Origin: Burkholderiaceae bacterium | GTDB lineage: Bacteria > Pseudomonadota > Gammaproteobacteria > Burkholderiales > Burkholderiaceae_F | Direction of reading: 5' to 3' | DNA length: 36,027 nucleotides | Assembly: GCA_044346055.1 (NCBI GenBank) | Contig: JBIIZX010000001.1 | Location: 1 to 36,027, forward strand | In this document: positions 27,233 to 36,027 of the stretch, in pieces | Position numbering within the stretch: the first letter of the stretch is position 1 | How the letters are laid out: every line of letters begins with the position of its first letter | The notes under the pieces: model-generated | The model's input: only the letters and a program-made list of their open reading frames with translations | What the model was told of the DNA's origin: nothing | Database searches by the model: none | Program-made: the position numbers and the translations under genes

Positions 27233-29142
27233 TGTGCGGCTTTGCGGGGTTCGCCCACCTTGTTGAGCATTCAAACGCTCGGCCAGATCTCTCCGCTGCG
27301 CTCGACCGACTAGGTCATCGCGGGCCGGACGATCGGGGCTCTATCAGCCTCCGATGTGGACGCGCTGAGCTCGGTCTCGGCCACACTCGCCTGTCCATCA
27401 TCGACCTCTCGGCCGGCGGTCACCAGCCGATGCAATCACCCGACGGGTTCTTGTCGCTCGTCTTCAACGGCGAGATCTACAACTACAGGGAACTGCGCAA
27501 GGAGCTCGCTGCACAGGGTGCAACGTTCCGCAGTGAGTCTGACACCGAGGTCCTGCTGCGGGGCTGGGAGCGCTGGGGCAAAGACGTATTGCCGCGGCTG
27601 GTCGGCATGTTCGCCTTTGCGGTCGTCGACACGCGAACGCGGACACTCACGGTTGCTCGCGATCCGTTTGGCATTAAGCCTCTGTTCCTGGCACGAGCCG
27701 GTTGGGGATGGTGTTTCGCCTCTGAGTTACCTGCATGCATCGCCCTTCGCAACGGCGGGGCCGAACTGAACCTGCAGCGCGCTACCGATTACCTGCTGCA
27801 CGGCGACTACGACTCGACCGAGGACACGTTCGTTTCTGGCGTCCAGCATCTGGGACCTGGCTACGTCAAGACAATCAGCCTGAATGACGGCAGCGTCGTT
27901 GAGCACCGGCGCTGGTGGACCCCGAGCGTTGTCGAGCAGGGTCGCCCACGACTGGAGGACGCTGCGGCACAGTTGCGTGAAATGTTTCTGGACAGCGTGC
28001 GCCTTCACCTGCGCAGCGATGTACCGCTTGGAGCAGCGCTATCGGGCGGCATCGACTCGTCGGCGGTCGTGTACGCGATGCGACGACTGGAGCCTGACGC
28101 ACCACTACACACATTCAGCTTCGTGGCGCGCGGGTCGAGCGTGTCAGAGGAAAGCTGGATCGACACCGCAAACGCTGGCGTGGCGGCAAAGGCACACAGA
28201 GTCGAGGTCGACCCCGCTGAGATGGCGCGTGATCTCGACGACATGATCCTTGCGCAAGGCGAGCCCTTCGGTAGCACCAGCATTTACGCGCAGTACCGTG
28301 TCTTCAAGCTCGCACGCGAAACCGGAATCAAGGTTACGCTTGACGGGCAGGGCGCCGACGAGCTGCTGGGCGGCTACATCGGTTATCCAGGACCGCGCGT
28401 CCAAAGTCTGCTAGACGGTGGCCATGTCCTAGATGCCTGGTCGTTTGTAAAGCATTGGTCGGAATGGCCCGGGCGCGACCGCAACTACGCGCTTCGCGCG
28501 ACAGTCGGGCAGTATCTGCAGGGGCCGCTGTACCAAACACTGCGCCGCCTCAAGCGGCGCAAGGCATCTCTTGAGATGCCCGGCTGGCTCGCCGCCGGAC
28601 AACTGAAAGAGCAAGGCGTGGCGCTCGGGTTTCCCCGACAGCTACCGGAGCCTTGGCCTCGCGGCAGACGCCTCGTTTCCGAGCTGGCGCTGTCGGCGAC
28701 AAGGCGCGGACTTCCGGCACTACTGCGCCATGCGGACCGCAACTCGATGCGCTTCTCTATCGAAAGCCGGGTCCCTTTCCTGACGCCCCAGCTCGCTACG
28801 TTTCTGTTCAGCCTTCCCGAGGAATATCTCGTCTCGGATGAAGGACGTACAAAGCACATCTTCAGGATTGCGATGCGCGGCATCGTGCCGGACGAGATCC
28901 TGGAGCGGCGGGACAAGATCGGTTTTGCGACGCCCGAGCGCGACTGGCTGCTTGCGTTATCGGGGCAAGCACGCGAGTGGTTGCTGGACGCGCGGCACAT
29001 CCCGTTTCTGCGACTCGGGCCGATGCTGAACGAATTCGATGCCATTTTGGCGGGCAAGCTGCCGTTTAGCTGGCAAGCTTGGCGATGGATCAACTTCTGC
29101 CGTTGGTACACGAGGGTGCTGATGCCCTTGTCGAGCCGGTAG
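27232..29142 (+). CDS. Asparagine synthase (glutamine-hydrolysing)-type amidotransferase, copy 1
   Basis: MCGFAG N-terminal nucleophile Cys, GHRGPDD, RLSIIDLS..GHQPM, NGEIYNY, and the PP-loop SGGIDSS in the synthetase domain. TAATG overlap with the preceding gene. Confidence 0.9.
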   Translation: MCGFAGFAHLVEHSNARPDLSAALDRLGHRGPDDRGSISLRCGRAELGLGHTRLSIIDLSAGGHQPMQSPDGFLSLVFNGEIYNYRELRKELAAQGATFRSESDTEVLLRGWERWGKDVLPRLVGMFAFAVVDTRTRTLTVARDPFGIKPLFLARAGWGWCFASELPACIALRNGGAELNLQRATDYLLHGDYDSTEDTFVSGVQHLGPGYVKTISLNDGSVVEHRRWWTPSVVEQGRPRLEDAAAQLREMFLDSVRLHLRSDVPLGAALSGGIDSSAVVYAMRRLEPDAPLHTFSFVARGSSVSEESWIDTANAGVAAKAHRVEVDPAEMARDLDDMILAQGEPFGSTSIYAQYRVFKLARETGIKVTLDGQGADELLGGYIGYPGPRVQSLLDGGHVLDAWSFVKHWSEWPGRDRNYALRATVGQYLQGPLYQTLRRLKRRKASLEMPGWLAAGQLKEQGVALGFPRQLPEPWPRGRRLVSELALSATRRGLPALLRHADRNSMRFSIESRVPFLTPQLATFLFSLPEEYLVSDEGRTKHIFRIAMRGIVPDEILERRDKIGFATPERDWLLALSGQAREWLLDARHIPFLRLGPMLNEFDAILAGKLPFSWQAWRWINFCRWYTRVLMPLSSR

Positions 29143-29146
29143 CGCG

Positions 29147-30223
29147 ATGCGCTTCGTGCACGCCGTAGTTTCGCTTCGGCCCTCGGCCGGCGTCCTCGCG
29201 CAACTCGATGACGAAGCGCGCTCTGCCGCAGACCTTGGCCTCGATTGGACCATTCTCGTTCGCCACGGCGCCGCCCCTGTCGGCCGATCGGCAGCACGGT
29301 CGGTCCTCGCTTACTTGCAGCTCAGACTTGGCTTTTATCGCGAACTGATCCGCCGCGGTCGTCGCGGCGAAATCGTCGTCCTTCGTCATTCCGTGGGCGA
29401 TCCATTGCAGTTCATCGCCACACTGTTTCTGCGGCGCCGCTATGCAACGGTCCACCACACGCTCGAAGAGCCAGAGTTGAGGGCGTTCGGCACACTCGCC
29501 TCACGCTTGCAATTGCTCTTCGAAAGAACGTTGGGGAGGAGTGTGGTGCGTCGTGCTGCGGCGGTCGTTGCGGCCACGCCGGAGATCGCCCAATACGAGT
29601 CGAAGCGTGCGGGGACGACAAGCGTAAAGCCGATCCTCGTCTACCCCAACGGCATCAGGATGGCAGTACGTGAGCCTCTCTACGACAGCCGCAACGATCG
29701 CCCTGAGCTTCTTTTCGTGGCCGACTACTTTTACCGCTGGCACGGGTTGGAAGAGTTATTAGAGTCGCTGAAAGGAAACGAGGTCGACGGAGTACTGCAT
29801 GTCGTTGGCGTCCTACCGCGCCACCTCGTTCGGACGGCAAGTCACCGCGTCGTCTATCACGGGCCACTGTCCCAAGTGGAGATCCGTACTCTCTATGCGA
29901 GCACTTGGCTCGGGCTGTCTTCGTTCCGGTTGGACGTGAAGGGCATGACACAGGCGTGCACGCTCAAGGTGCGCGACTACCTCGCCGCAGGAATTCCCGT
30001 CCTTGCCGGGCACGAGGACAGCGGACTGCCGTTGGACTTTCCGTACTTCGTGCGCAGCAGTTGTGACTGGAGCAAGGCGGTCGCAACCGCTCACAAGTTC
30101 CGGGCAACTGCTCGGGCTGCTGTTGTGGACGCGGCGCGCAATCACATCGACAAGACGGTCCTCCTGAAGCGCCTGCACAGTCAACTCGTAAACTCGCTAA
30201 GCACTGAGCCTGGGCCAACCTGA
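29147..30223 (+). CDS. Putative glycosyltransferase-like protein (weak assignment)
   Basis: Tightly packed between the two asnB-like genes. The C-terminal region …LKVRDYLAAGIPVLAGHEDSGLP… resembles a GT-B C-terminal domain. Otherwise unrecognised. Confidence 0.4.
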   Translation: MRFVHAVVSLRPSAGVLAQLDDEARSAADLGLDWTILVRHGAAPVGRSAARSVLAYLQLRLGFYRELIRRGRRGEIVVLRHSVGDPLQFIATLFLRRRYATVHHTLEEPELRAFGTLASRLQLLFERTLGRSVVRRAAAVVAATPEIAQYESKRAGTTSVKPILVYPNGIRMAVREPLYDSRNDRPELLFVADYFYRWHGLEELLESLKGNEVDGVLHVVGVLPRHLVRTASHRVVYHGPLSQVEIRTLYASTWLGLSSFRLDVKGMTQACTLKVRDYLAAGIPVLAGHEDSGLPLDFPYFVRSSCDWSKAVATAHKFRATARAAVVDAARNHIDKTVLLKRLHSQLVNSLSTEPGPT

Positions 30224-30224
30224 C

Positions 30225-32171
30225 ATGTGTGGAGTCAGTGGCATCTGGGCCCCATCTTCGCCGCGACAGGACGTCATCGTCGGGCAAGTGAATGGCATGG
30301 CGCGGGCCATCGCACACCGCGGCCCGGATGACGCGGGCCTATGGGCCGATGCTGAGGTCGGAGTCGCTTTTGGCCACCGCCGCCTCAGCATCGTCGACCT
30401 CTCCCCCGCCGGCCACCAGCCGATGACCTCGGCTTCGGGCCGCTACGTCATCGCCTACAACGGCGAGATTTACAACCACCGCCAGCTTCGGGCCGAAGTG
30501 GATGCGCGCGGCGCAATGGACTGGCGCGGGCACTCTGATACGGAAGTCCTGCTCGCCGCCGTCGAGGCTTGGGGCCCGCAAGGCGCGCTCGAGCGCTGCG
30601 TCGGCATGTTTGCCATCGCACTGTGGGACCGGCACGACCGTTGTTTGCATCTGGCGCGCGATCGGATTGGCGAGAAGCCGCTTTACTTCGGTACGGTGGA
30701 TGGCAAGTTCGTCTTCGCCTCGGAGCTCAAGGCCATTCGGGCGATTGCGCCAGCGCCCGCGCTCGATCACTCAGCGCTGCTGCTGTACCTGCGCCTGGGT
30801 TACGTGCCTGCGCCGTTCTGCATCTACCAGGGCCTGCGCAAGGTCGAGCCGGGCAGCATCGTCACCGTGCGCAATGCCGGGGCGCAGGTGGAGACGAAGC
30901 GCTATTGGTCTGCGCTTGAGGTCGCGCAGCGCGCCCATGGTCAAAGCGCGGGCGTGGGCAAGAGCGATGCGGTGCAGGTCGAGGCACTCGATCGCCTGTT
31001 GCGGCAATCGATCCGCGACCAAATGGTGGCCGACGTACCAGTCGGCGCGTTTCTCTCGGGCGGCATCGACAGCTCCACCATCACCGCACTCATGCAGGCC
31101 GAAAGCACGTCACGCGTGCATAGCTACTCGATCGGCTTTGCCGAGGTCGAGTACGACGAGGCGCCGCACGCCAAGCGCATTGCGCAGCACCTGGGCACGG
31201 ATCACACCGAGCTGTACGTCACGTCGCAGCAAGCACAGGACGTCATCCCCCGTCTGCCTTCGATGTACGACGAGCCATTTGCGGATTCATCGCAGATCCC
31301 GACGTTTCTGCTCTGCCAGCTCGCACGCCGGTCTGTCACCGTCGCGCTGTCCGGCGACGCCGGCGATGAGCTCTTTGGCGGCTACAACCGCTACACAATG
31401 GCGCAGCAGGTGTGGCAGCGGATCAACAAGGTGCCCGGCCCCGCCCGCTCTGCCGCCGCGGCGCTGATCGAGGCGCTTGGACCGCGTGTGTTTGACGGGC
31501 TTGCCGCGCCGGCCCGCATGCTCCTGCCTCGCCACGTGCCAAACAACGTTGGTGGCAAGGCAATGAAAGCCGCTGCCGTGCTCAAGATGAAGAGCATTGA
31601 CGACGTCTACCTGCGGCTCGTTTCGCAATGGCCCGAGCCCGCCCTTCTTTTGCCCGGTGGCAGTGAGCCACCCTGGGTAGACGCCGTGATGCGCTCCGCA
31701 CCAGGTAAGGATGTCGAGCGCATGATGTTCGCCGATCTCATGACCTACCTGCCCGACGATGTGCTCGTGAAGGTTGATCGGGCGGCGATGGCCACCAGCC
31801 TGGAAACGCGCGTTCCCATGCTGGACCATCGCGTGGTCGAGTTCGCTCTCGGTGTTCCGCTGGAGATGAAGCTGCGCAACGGCACGGGCAAGTGGCTCCT
31901 TCGTCAGGTGCTTGCGCGCTATGTGCCGCCGGCTCTGTTCGAGCGGCCCAAGATGGGCTTTGGCGTGCCGATTGATCACTGGTTGCGCGGGCCGCTGAAG
32001 GCCTGGGCCGATGACCTTCTGGAGCCCGCCTCGCTGCGTGCCAACGGCCTGGAGCCCGCGCTCATCACGCAGGCCTGGCAGGAGCACCGCAGCGGCCGGC
32101 GTGACTGGCACTATCCGCTGTGGACCGTGCTGATGCTGCAGGCATGGCTGCGCCATGACGCCGCCCAGTAG
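30225..32171 (+). CDS. Asparagine synthase (glutamine-hydrolysing)-type amidotransferase, copy 2
   Basis: MCGVSG, AHRGPDD, RLSIVDLSPAGHQPM, NGEIYNH, and the PP-loop FLSGGIDSS. 648 aa. Confidence 0.9.
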   Translation: MCGVSGIWAPSSPRQDVIVGQVNGMARAIAHRGPDDAGLWADAEVGVAFGHRRLSIVDLSPAGHQPMTSASGRYVIAYNGEIYNHRQLRAEVDARGAMDWRGHSDTEVLLAAVEAWGPQGALERCVGMFAIALWDRHDRCLHLARDRIGEKPLYFGTVDGKFVFASELKAIRAIAPAPALDHSALLLYLRLGYVPAPFCIYQGLRKVEPGSIVTVRNAGAQVETKRYWSALEVAQRAHGQSAGVGKSDAVQVEALDRLLRQSIRDQMVADVPVGAFLSGGIDSSTITALMQAESTSRVHSYSIGFAEVEYDEAPHAKRIAQHLGTDHTELYVTSQQAQDVIPRLPSMYDEPFADSSQIPTFLLCQLARRSVTVALSGDAGDELFGGYNRYTMAQQVWQRINKVPGPARSAAAALIEALGPRVFDGLAAPARMLLPRHVPNNVGGKAMKAAAVLKMKSIDDVYLRLVSQWPEPALLLPGGSEPPWVDAVMRSAPGKDVERMMFADLMTYLPDDVLVKVDRAAMATSLETRVPMLDHRVVEFALGVPLEMKLRNGTGKWLLRQVLARYVPPALFERPKMGFGVPIDHWLRGPLKAWADDLLEPASLRANGLEPALITQAWQEHRSGRRDWHYPLWTVLMLQAWLRHDAAQ

Positions 32172-33312
32172 CGCGCAGCGCCACAAGCCGCGCCTGCTCC
32201 TGGTGGTCACCGAGGATTGGTACTTCCTCTCGCACAGGCTGCCGCTGGCGCGCGCCGCGCTTGCGGCGGGCTACACTGTGGCTGTCGCGACGCGTGTGGG
32301 CGAGCGCGCAGGTGACATCACCGCCGCTGGGCTCGACCTGCTGCCGCTGCAGGCGATGCGTCGCCGCGACATTGGGCCGGTGTCCGTGGCGCGGTCGGTT
32401 GCCGAGCTCAAATCCGTCTACCGCCGCTGGGCGCCGGACATCGTGCATCACGTTGCAATGAAGCCGATCATCTGCGGCGGCGTGGCCGCCCGCCAGGCTG
32501 GCATCAAGCGCGTGGTCAATGCGGTCGCCGGCTTTGGCTATGTGTTCAGTTCAAACACGGTACGCGCGCGGCTGCTTCGGCCAGTGGTGCGGCTCGCGTT
32601 GCGCAGCGTCCTGCGGCAACCGGGGAGCCTTGCCATTTTGCAGAACCGCGCGGATGCAACACGCCTTGCCGTTGAGGGCCTGATCGATGAGCGCAACGTG
32701 CGGCTGGTGCGCGGCAGCGGGGTGGACCTGGAGCGCTTTGTCCCGCGCGCTGCTCCGCCGGGCCCGCCGGTCGTGATGCTGTGCGCGCGTCTGCTGTGGG
32801 ATAAGGGCATTCGCGAGTTTGTGGCGGCTGCGCAAGCACTCAAAGCCCAGGGCTTCCAAGCGCGCTTTGTGCTGGTCGGCGATGGAGATCCTGAGAATCC
32901 CGCCTGCATTGCCCAGGCTGATGTTGAACGGTGGCAGCGCGAGGGAGCAATCGAATGGTGGGGCCGCAGCAATGACATGGCCACCACCTGGGCGCAGGCG
33001 AGCATCGCGTGCCTGCCTTCCTACGCCGAAGGCCTGCCCAAGGTCCTGATTGAGGCCGCTGCCTGCGGGCTGCCTGCGGTCACCACTGACGTGCCAGGCT
33101 GCTGCGAGGCGGTGACGGACAACGTCAACGGCCTGCTGGTGCCGCCGCGTGACGCAGAGGCGCTGGCTGCTGCAATCGCTCGTTTGCTCGCGGACGCAAG
33201 CCTGCGCCAGCACCTTGGCGCGGCTGCGCGGCTTCGAGCGCGAGCGGAGTTTGGCGAGCAGGTCATCGCCGCACAGACGCTGGCGGTGTATCAGGAATTG
33301 CTGGCGCAATGA
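32155..33312 (+). CDS. Glycosyltransferase family 4 (group 1)
   Basis: KPRLLLVVTEDWYFLSHRLPLARAA... and the C-terminal EGLPKVLIEAAACGLPAVTTDVPGCCEAVTDNVNGLLVPPRD (E-x7-E motif). 17-nt overlap with the upstream gene. Confidence 0.85.
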   Translation: MTPPSSAQRHKPRLLLVVTEDWYFLSHRLPLARAALAAGYTVAVATRVGERAGDITAAGLDLLPLQAMRRRDIGPVSVARSVAELKSVYRRWAPDIVHHVAMKPIICGGVAARQAGIKRVVNAVAGFGYVFSSNTVRARLLRPVVRLALRSVLRQPGSLAILQNRADATRLAVEGLIDERNVRLVRGSGVDLERFVPRAAPPGPPVVMLCARLLWDKGIREFVAAAQALKAQGFQARFVLVGDGDPENPACIAQADVERWQREGAIEWWGRSNDMATTWAQASIACLPSYAEGLPKVLIEAAACGLPAVTTDVPGCCEAVTDNVNGLLVPPRDAEALAAAIARLLADASLRQHLGAAARLRARAEFGEQVIAAQTLAVYQELLAQ

Positions 33313-34283
33313 GCAGCGGCGCGACGGTCGCGTTTACGGGCGCCAGTGGCTTCATCGGCCGGCACCTTCTGTCCGCGCTAGAGCAGCGCGGTCACGTCGC
33401 GCGGCCGCTTGTACGCCGGGCGGATCCGAGCCTTGATGGTGCTGTCGTCATCGGCGACCTCACCGCACCTGGGCCGCTCGAAGCCTGCTTGGCGCAGGCA
33501 GATTGCATCGTGCACTGCGCCGGCATGGCCCACGTTGAACTGAACAGCGAAGCAGATGGAGCGCGGGCGGTGCAGACCAACGTAGACGCGACCCGCGCCC
33601 TTGCGCGCGCGGCTGTGGCCGCCGGCGTGAAGCAGTTCATCTTCATCAGCAGCGCAAAGGTGATGGGTGCGCGGTCAGGGCCGCGTCCCTGGACGGAGGC
33701 GGATGCAATCGCGCCGGCCGACGCCTATGCCCGGTCCAAAGCCGCTGCGGAAGCGGCACTTGCGGAGGTGGCGGCCGCGAGCGGTCTTGCAGTCACCATC
33801 CTGCGGCCGCCCCTGGTTTACGGACCCGGCGTGCGCGCCAATTTTCTGCGACTGCTGACGCTCGCTGACACCCCCTGGCCGCTGCCGCTCGCAAGCGCTG
33901 CCGCACTGCGCAGCATGATCTACGTCGGCAATCTGGTGGATGCTGTCATCGCCTGCATTGGGAACAAAGAGGCGGCGGGCCAGACATTCTTCGCGACCGA
34001 CGGGGAGGACCTGTCAGTCGCGCAACTGCTGGGGACGTTGCGCGCACACTTGGGCCGCCCCGAGCGCTTGCTGCCCTGCCCTACCGTCCTGCTCAAGCTT
34101 GCGGCATCTGCCGTTGGCCGCAGCGCTGAGCTGCAAAAGCTCGTCGAGCCCTTTTCCTGCAGCAGCGAGCGGCTGCAGGCACGCCTCGGCTGGCGCCCGC
34201 CGGTGGCCAGTGCGCAAGGCCTCCGAATAACGGTGGACTGGTACCGGGACACCGGCCGTTCAGCCGCCCGCCATCTCGGCTAA
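33309..34283 (+). CDS. NAD-dependent epimerase/dehydratase (SDR; WbpK-like position)
   Basis: Rossmann motif VAFTGASGFIGRHL and catalytic YARSKAAAE. ATGA overlap with the upstream glycosyltransferase gene. Confidence 0.85.
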   Translation: MSSGATVAFTGASGFIGRHLLSALEQRGHVARPLVRRADPSLDGAVVIGDLTAPGPLEACLAQADCIVHCAGMAHVELNSEADGARAVQTNVDATRALARAAVAAGVKQFIFISSAKVMGARSGPRPWTEADAIAPADAYARSKAAAEAALAEVAAASGLAVTILRPPLVYGPGVRANFLRLLTLADTPWPLPLASAAALRSMIYVGNLVDAVIACIGNKEAAGQTFFATDGEDLSVAQLLGTLRAHLGRPERLLPCPTVLLKLAASAVGRSAELQKLVEPFSCSSERLQARLGWRPPVASAQGLRITVDWYRDTGRSAARHLG

Positions 34284-34284
34284 T

Positions 34285-35283
34285 GTGCAGCCGCCTATGT
34301 ACGCCCCGCTGCCGACCTCTGCCGTCGTCATCCTGCCGTTTGCTGCCGCGGCGGTGACGGCGCTCGTCCTGTGGGGGCTGCTTGCCTCCGGCGCCGCGCA
34401 CCGGCTGGCGCTCGATGCACCCAACGCGCGCTCGCTGCACGTGGCGCCAACGCCGCGGATCGGCGGGCTCGTGCTGGTGCCGGTGGCACTGACGTTGGCG
34501 ACGCTCGCTGCGCCACTGCCGCCGCAGCTGGCCGGCGCTGCGGCACTGCTGGTGGTGGTCGGCACGGTCGATGACCGGCGTGGCCTGCACTTTGGGCTGC
34601 GCTTGGCGGTACAGGCGGTTGCCGCAGTACTGCTGCTGTGGCCGACCGCTGGCGCGCTTGGCACCCCGATGGCCCTGGTCATTGCCCTGGCGCTGGTGTG
34701 GGGCATGAACGCCTTCAACTTCATGGACGGCAGCGACGGGCTCGCAGGCGGCATGGCCTTGATAGGCTTTGCCGCATGCGCGGTGGCGGCCGCTGCCTCC
34801 GGCGACAGCAGGCTAATCGCCCTGTCGCTCTCGGTGGCCGGCGCGGCCGGCGGCTTTCTGCTCCTGAACTTCGCTCCCGCCCGCGTCTTTCTTGGTGACG
34901 GCGGCTCGGTGCCGCTCGGCTTTCTTGCCGGTGCCATCGCACTGCTTGGCACTGGCGCCGGTCACTGGCCGTGGTGGTTCGTGCCGGTGGTGTTCTCTCC
35001 GTTTCTTGCGGATGCCACCGTCACGCTCCTCGCGCGCGGGTTTGGGGGCAAGCGAGTGTGGCAGGCCCATCGAGAGCATGCCTATCAGCGCCTGGTGCAG
35101 GCGGGGTACACACATCGCAGCGTTGCACTCGGCGCTTACGGACTGATGCTGGCCTCCGCAGCCGTTGCGATGCTGGCGGATTTTTTCAATGGCGCTGGCT
35201 ACGGCGCCGTCATTGCAGCCGCGTGGGCGACGGCGTTAGCGGTGGCGGTGTTGTTCGTGCGCCGACGGTGGCCCGCGCTATGA
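34285..35283 (+). CDS. WbpL/WecA-family polyprenyl-phosphate HexNAc-1-phosphate transferase (MraY-like GT4)
   Basis: Polytopic membrane protein with NAFNFMDGSDGLAGG and FLGDGGS motifs. The start is GTG 34285 or ATG 34297. Confidence 0.85.
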   Translation: MQPPMYAPLPTSAVVILPFAAAAVTALVLWGLLASGAAHRLALDAPNARSLHVAPTPRIGGLVLVPVALTLATLAAPLPPQLAGAAALLVVVGTVDDRRGLHFGLRLAVQAVAAVLLLWPTAGALGTPMALVIALALVWGMNAFNFMDGSDGLAGGMALIGFAACAVAAAASGDSRLIALSLSVAGAAGGFLLLNFAPARVFLGDGGSVPLGFLAGAIALLGTGAGHWPWWFVPVVFSPFLADATVTLLARGFGGKRVWQAHREHAYQRLVQAGYTHRSVALGAYGLMLASAAVAMLADFFNGAGYGAVIAAAWATALAVAVLFVRRRWPAL

Positions 35284-36027
35284 CTACGAACCGCCCTGCC
35301 TGGCTGGGCTCGCTGCCGCTGTCGCGGCGGGCGCAGCTCGTGTTCGCCTTTGACCTGGCAGCCGCCGCGCTGTGCTGGCTGCTCGCATTTTCTCTGCGCT
35401 TCAACTTCGAGGTGCCGGATGACTATCTTGGGCTGGCGCTGTCATCGCTGCTGTGGGTGGTGCCACTGCACGCGCTGGTCTTCGTGCTGGTGGGCCTGTA
35501 CCGCGGACTGTGGCGCTTTGCCAGCCTGAACGACCTGCGGCGCCTGGCCGCCGCCGTGGGCGCTGCGGGTGGTGCCATCGCGCTGATTGCCTACCTTCAG
35601 CAGGCGGCACTGCCGATCCCGCGCTCGGTGATCGTGCTGGCGCCGTTGCTGCTGGTCCTTTGCATGGGCGGTGCGCGCGCCGCCTACCGAAGCTGGGTCG
35701 ATCACCGCGTGCAGGCCGCAGGCGTCGACCGCCGACCGCTGATTGTGCTTGGTGCCGGCGAAGCGGCCGTCTCGCTGCTGCGCATGCTGGCCACGTCGCG
35801 CGACTGGCAGGTGGTTGCGCTGCTCGATGATGACCCCGCCCGCCAAGGGCACGATCTCTTCGGTTACCGCGTGGTGGCAGGCTTGGCTTCGGTGGCTGAC
35901 GTTGCACGGCGCACCGGCGCACGCGACGTGATCATCGCCATGCCCGAAGCAACTGGCGCGCAGCGGCGGCGCGCCGCCGAGCTGTGCCTGGCGGCGGGAC
36001 TGCGGGCCTCGACGCTACCGCTGCTGG
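35280..36027 (+). CDS. WbpM/CapD/PglF-like membrane-anchored nucleotide-sugar 4,6-dehydratase (3' end outside window)
   Basis: Not in the ORF track because it is open at the window end. My own translation from ATG 35280 (ATGA overlap with the previous stop) gives MTTNRPAWLGSLPLSRRAQLVFAFDLAAAALCWLLAFSLRFNF... It has four TM-like segments, then RPLIVLGAGEAAVSLLRML...VVALLDDDPARQGHDLFGYRV...ARDVIIAMPEA. Confidence 0.8.
   Translation, partial: MTTNRPAWLGSLPLSRRAQLVFAFDLAAAALCWLLAFSLRFNFEVPDDYLGLALSSLLWVVPLHALVFVLVGLYRGLWRFASLNDLRRLAAAVGAAGGAIALIAYLQQAALPIPRSVIVLAPLLLVLCMGGARAAYRSWVDHRVQAAGVDRRPLIVLGAGEAAVSLLRMLATSRDWQVVALLDDDPARQGHDLFGYRVVAGLASVADVARRTGARDVIIAMPEATGAQRRRAAELCLAAGLRASTLPLL

Noticed and set aside
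28485-34952. Minus-strand ORFs within the polysaccharide locus (28485..29297, 31287..32210, 32551..33309, 34260..34952)
   Set aside because: All lie antisense to plus-strand genes with clear family motifs and overlapping start/stop coupling. The translations are R/A/P/G-rich shadows.

Overview
High-GC (about 70% in hand-counted housekeeping samples) proteobacterial chromosome segment; the gene content and repeat style look betaproteobacterial, which is inference only. From left to right the window holds the following. (1) 1-4.2 kb: an LrgB-like membrane protein (5' partial), a head-GIN/DUF2807 secreted repeat protein, a compact VOC / TfoX_C-HhH / YafY(WYL) gene trio, and a truncated TAXI-type binding-protein gene. 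(2) 4.3-8.4 kb, minus strand: a secreted hypothetical, a Tat-signal DUF1501-like protein, and a 670-aa CxxCH lipoprotein. (3) 8.8-10.6 kb: an orphan 583-aa HExxH protein. (4) 10.6-13.8 kb: a three-cistron pntAA-pntAB-pntB transhydrogenase operon whose intercistronic spacers are filled with repeats. (5) 14.0-15.8 kb: NUDIX-mnmA. (6) 16.1-17.3 kb: a vapBC toxin-antitoxin pair and a small orphan gene. (7) 17.4 kb to the window end: a same-strand, mostly start/stop-overlapping surface-polysaccharide locus. This locus runs TPR-GT9 fusion, wlbA/B/C-like genes, an IS5-family insertion, 2-epimerase, MsbA/PglK-type ABC exporter, glycosyltransferases, two AsnB-type amidotransferases, epimerase/dehydratase, WbpL/WecA-type initiating transferase, and a WbpM/CapD-type dehydratase that is 3' partial and absent from the ORF track. 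I found no rRNA, tRNA or CRISPR array, and no convincing wholly new multi-gene system. The most interesting items are the IS5 insertion that rewrites the last codons of the aminotransferase and marks the edge of a lower-GC cassette, the transport and amidation content of the polysaccharide locus, three heptamer-array hairpins, REP/BIME-like clusters and a nested palindrome, an unclassified structured element in a 400-bp divergent intergenic region, and the VOC/HhH/WYL trio. All functional calls rest on motif recognition by eye, and no database search was possible.
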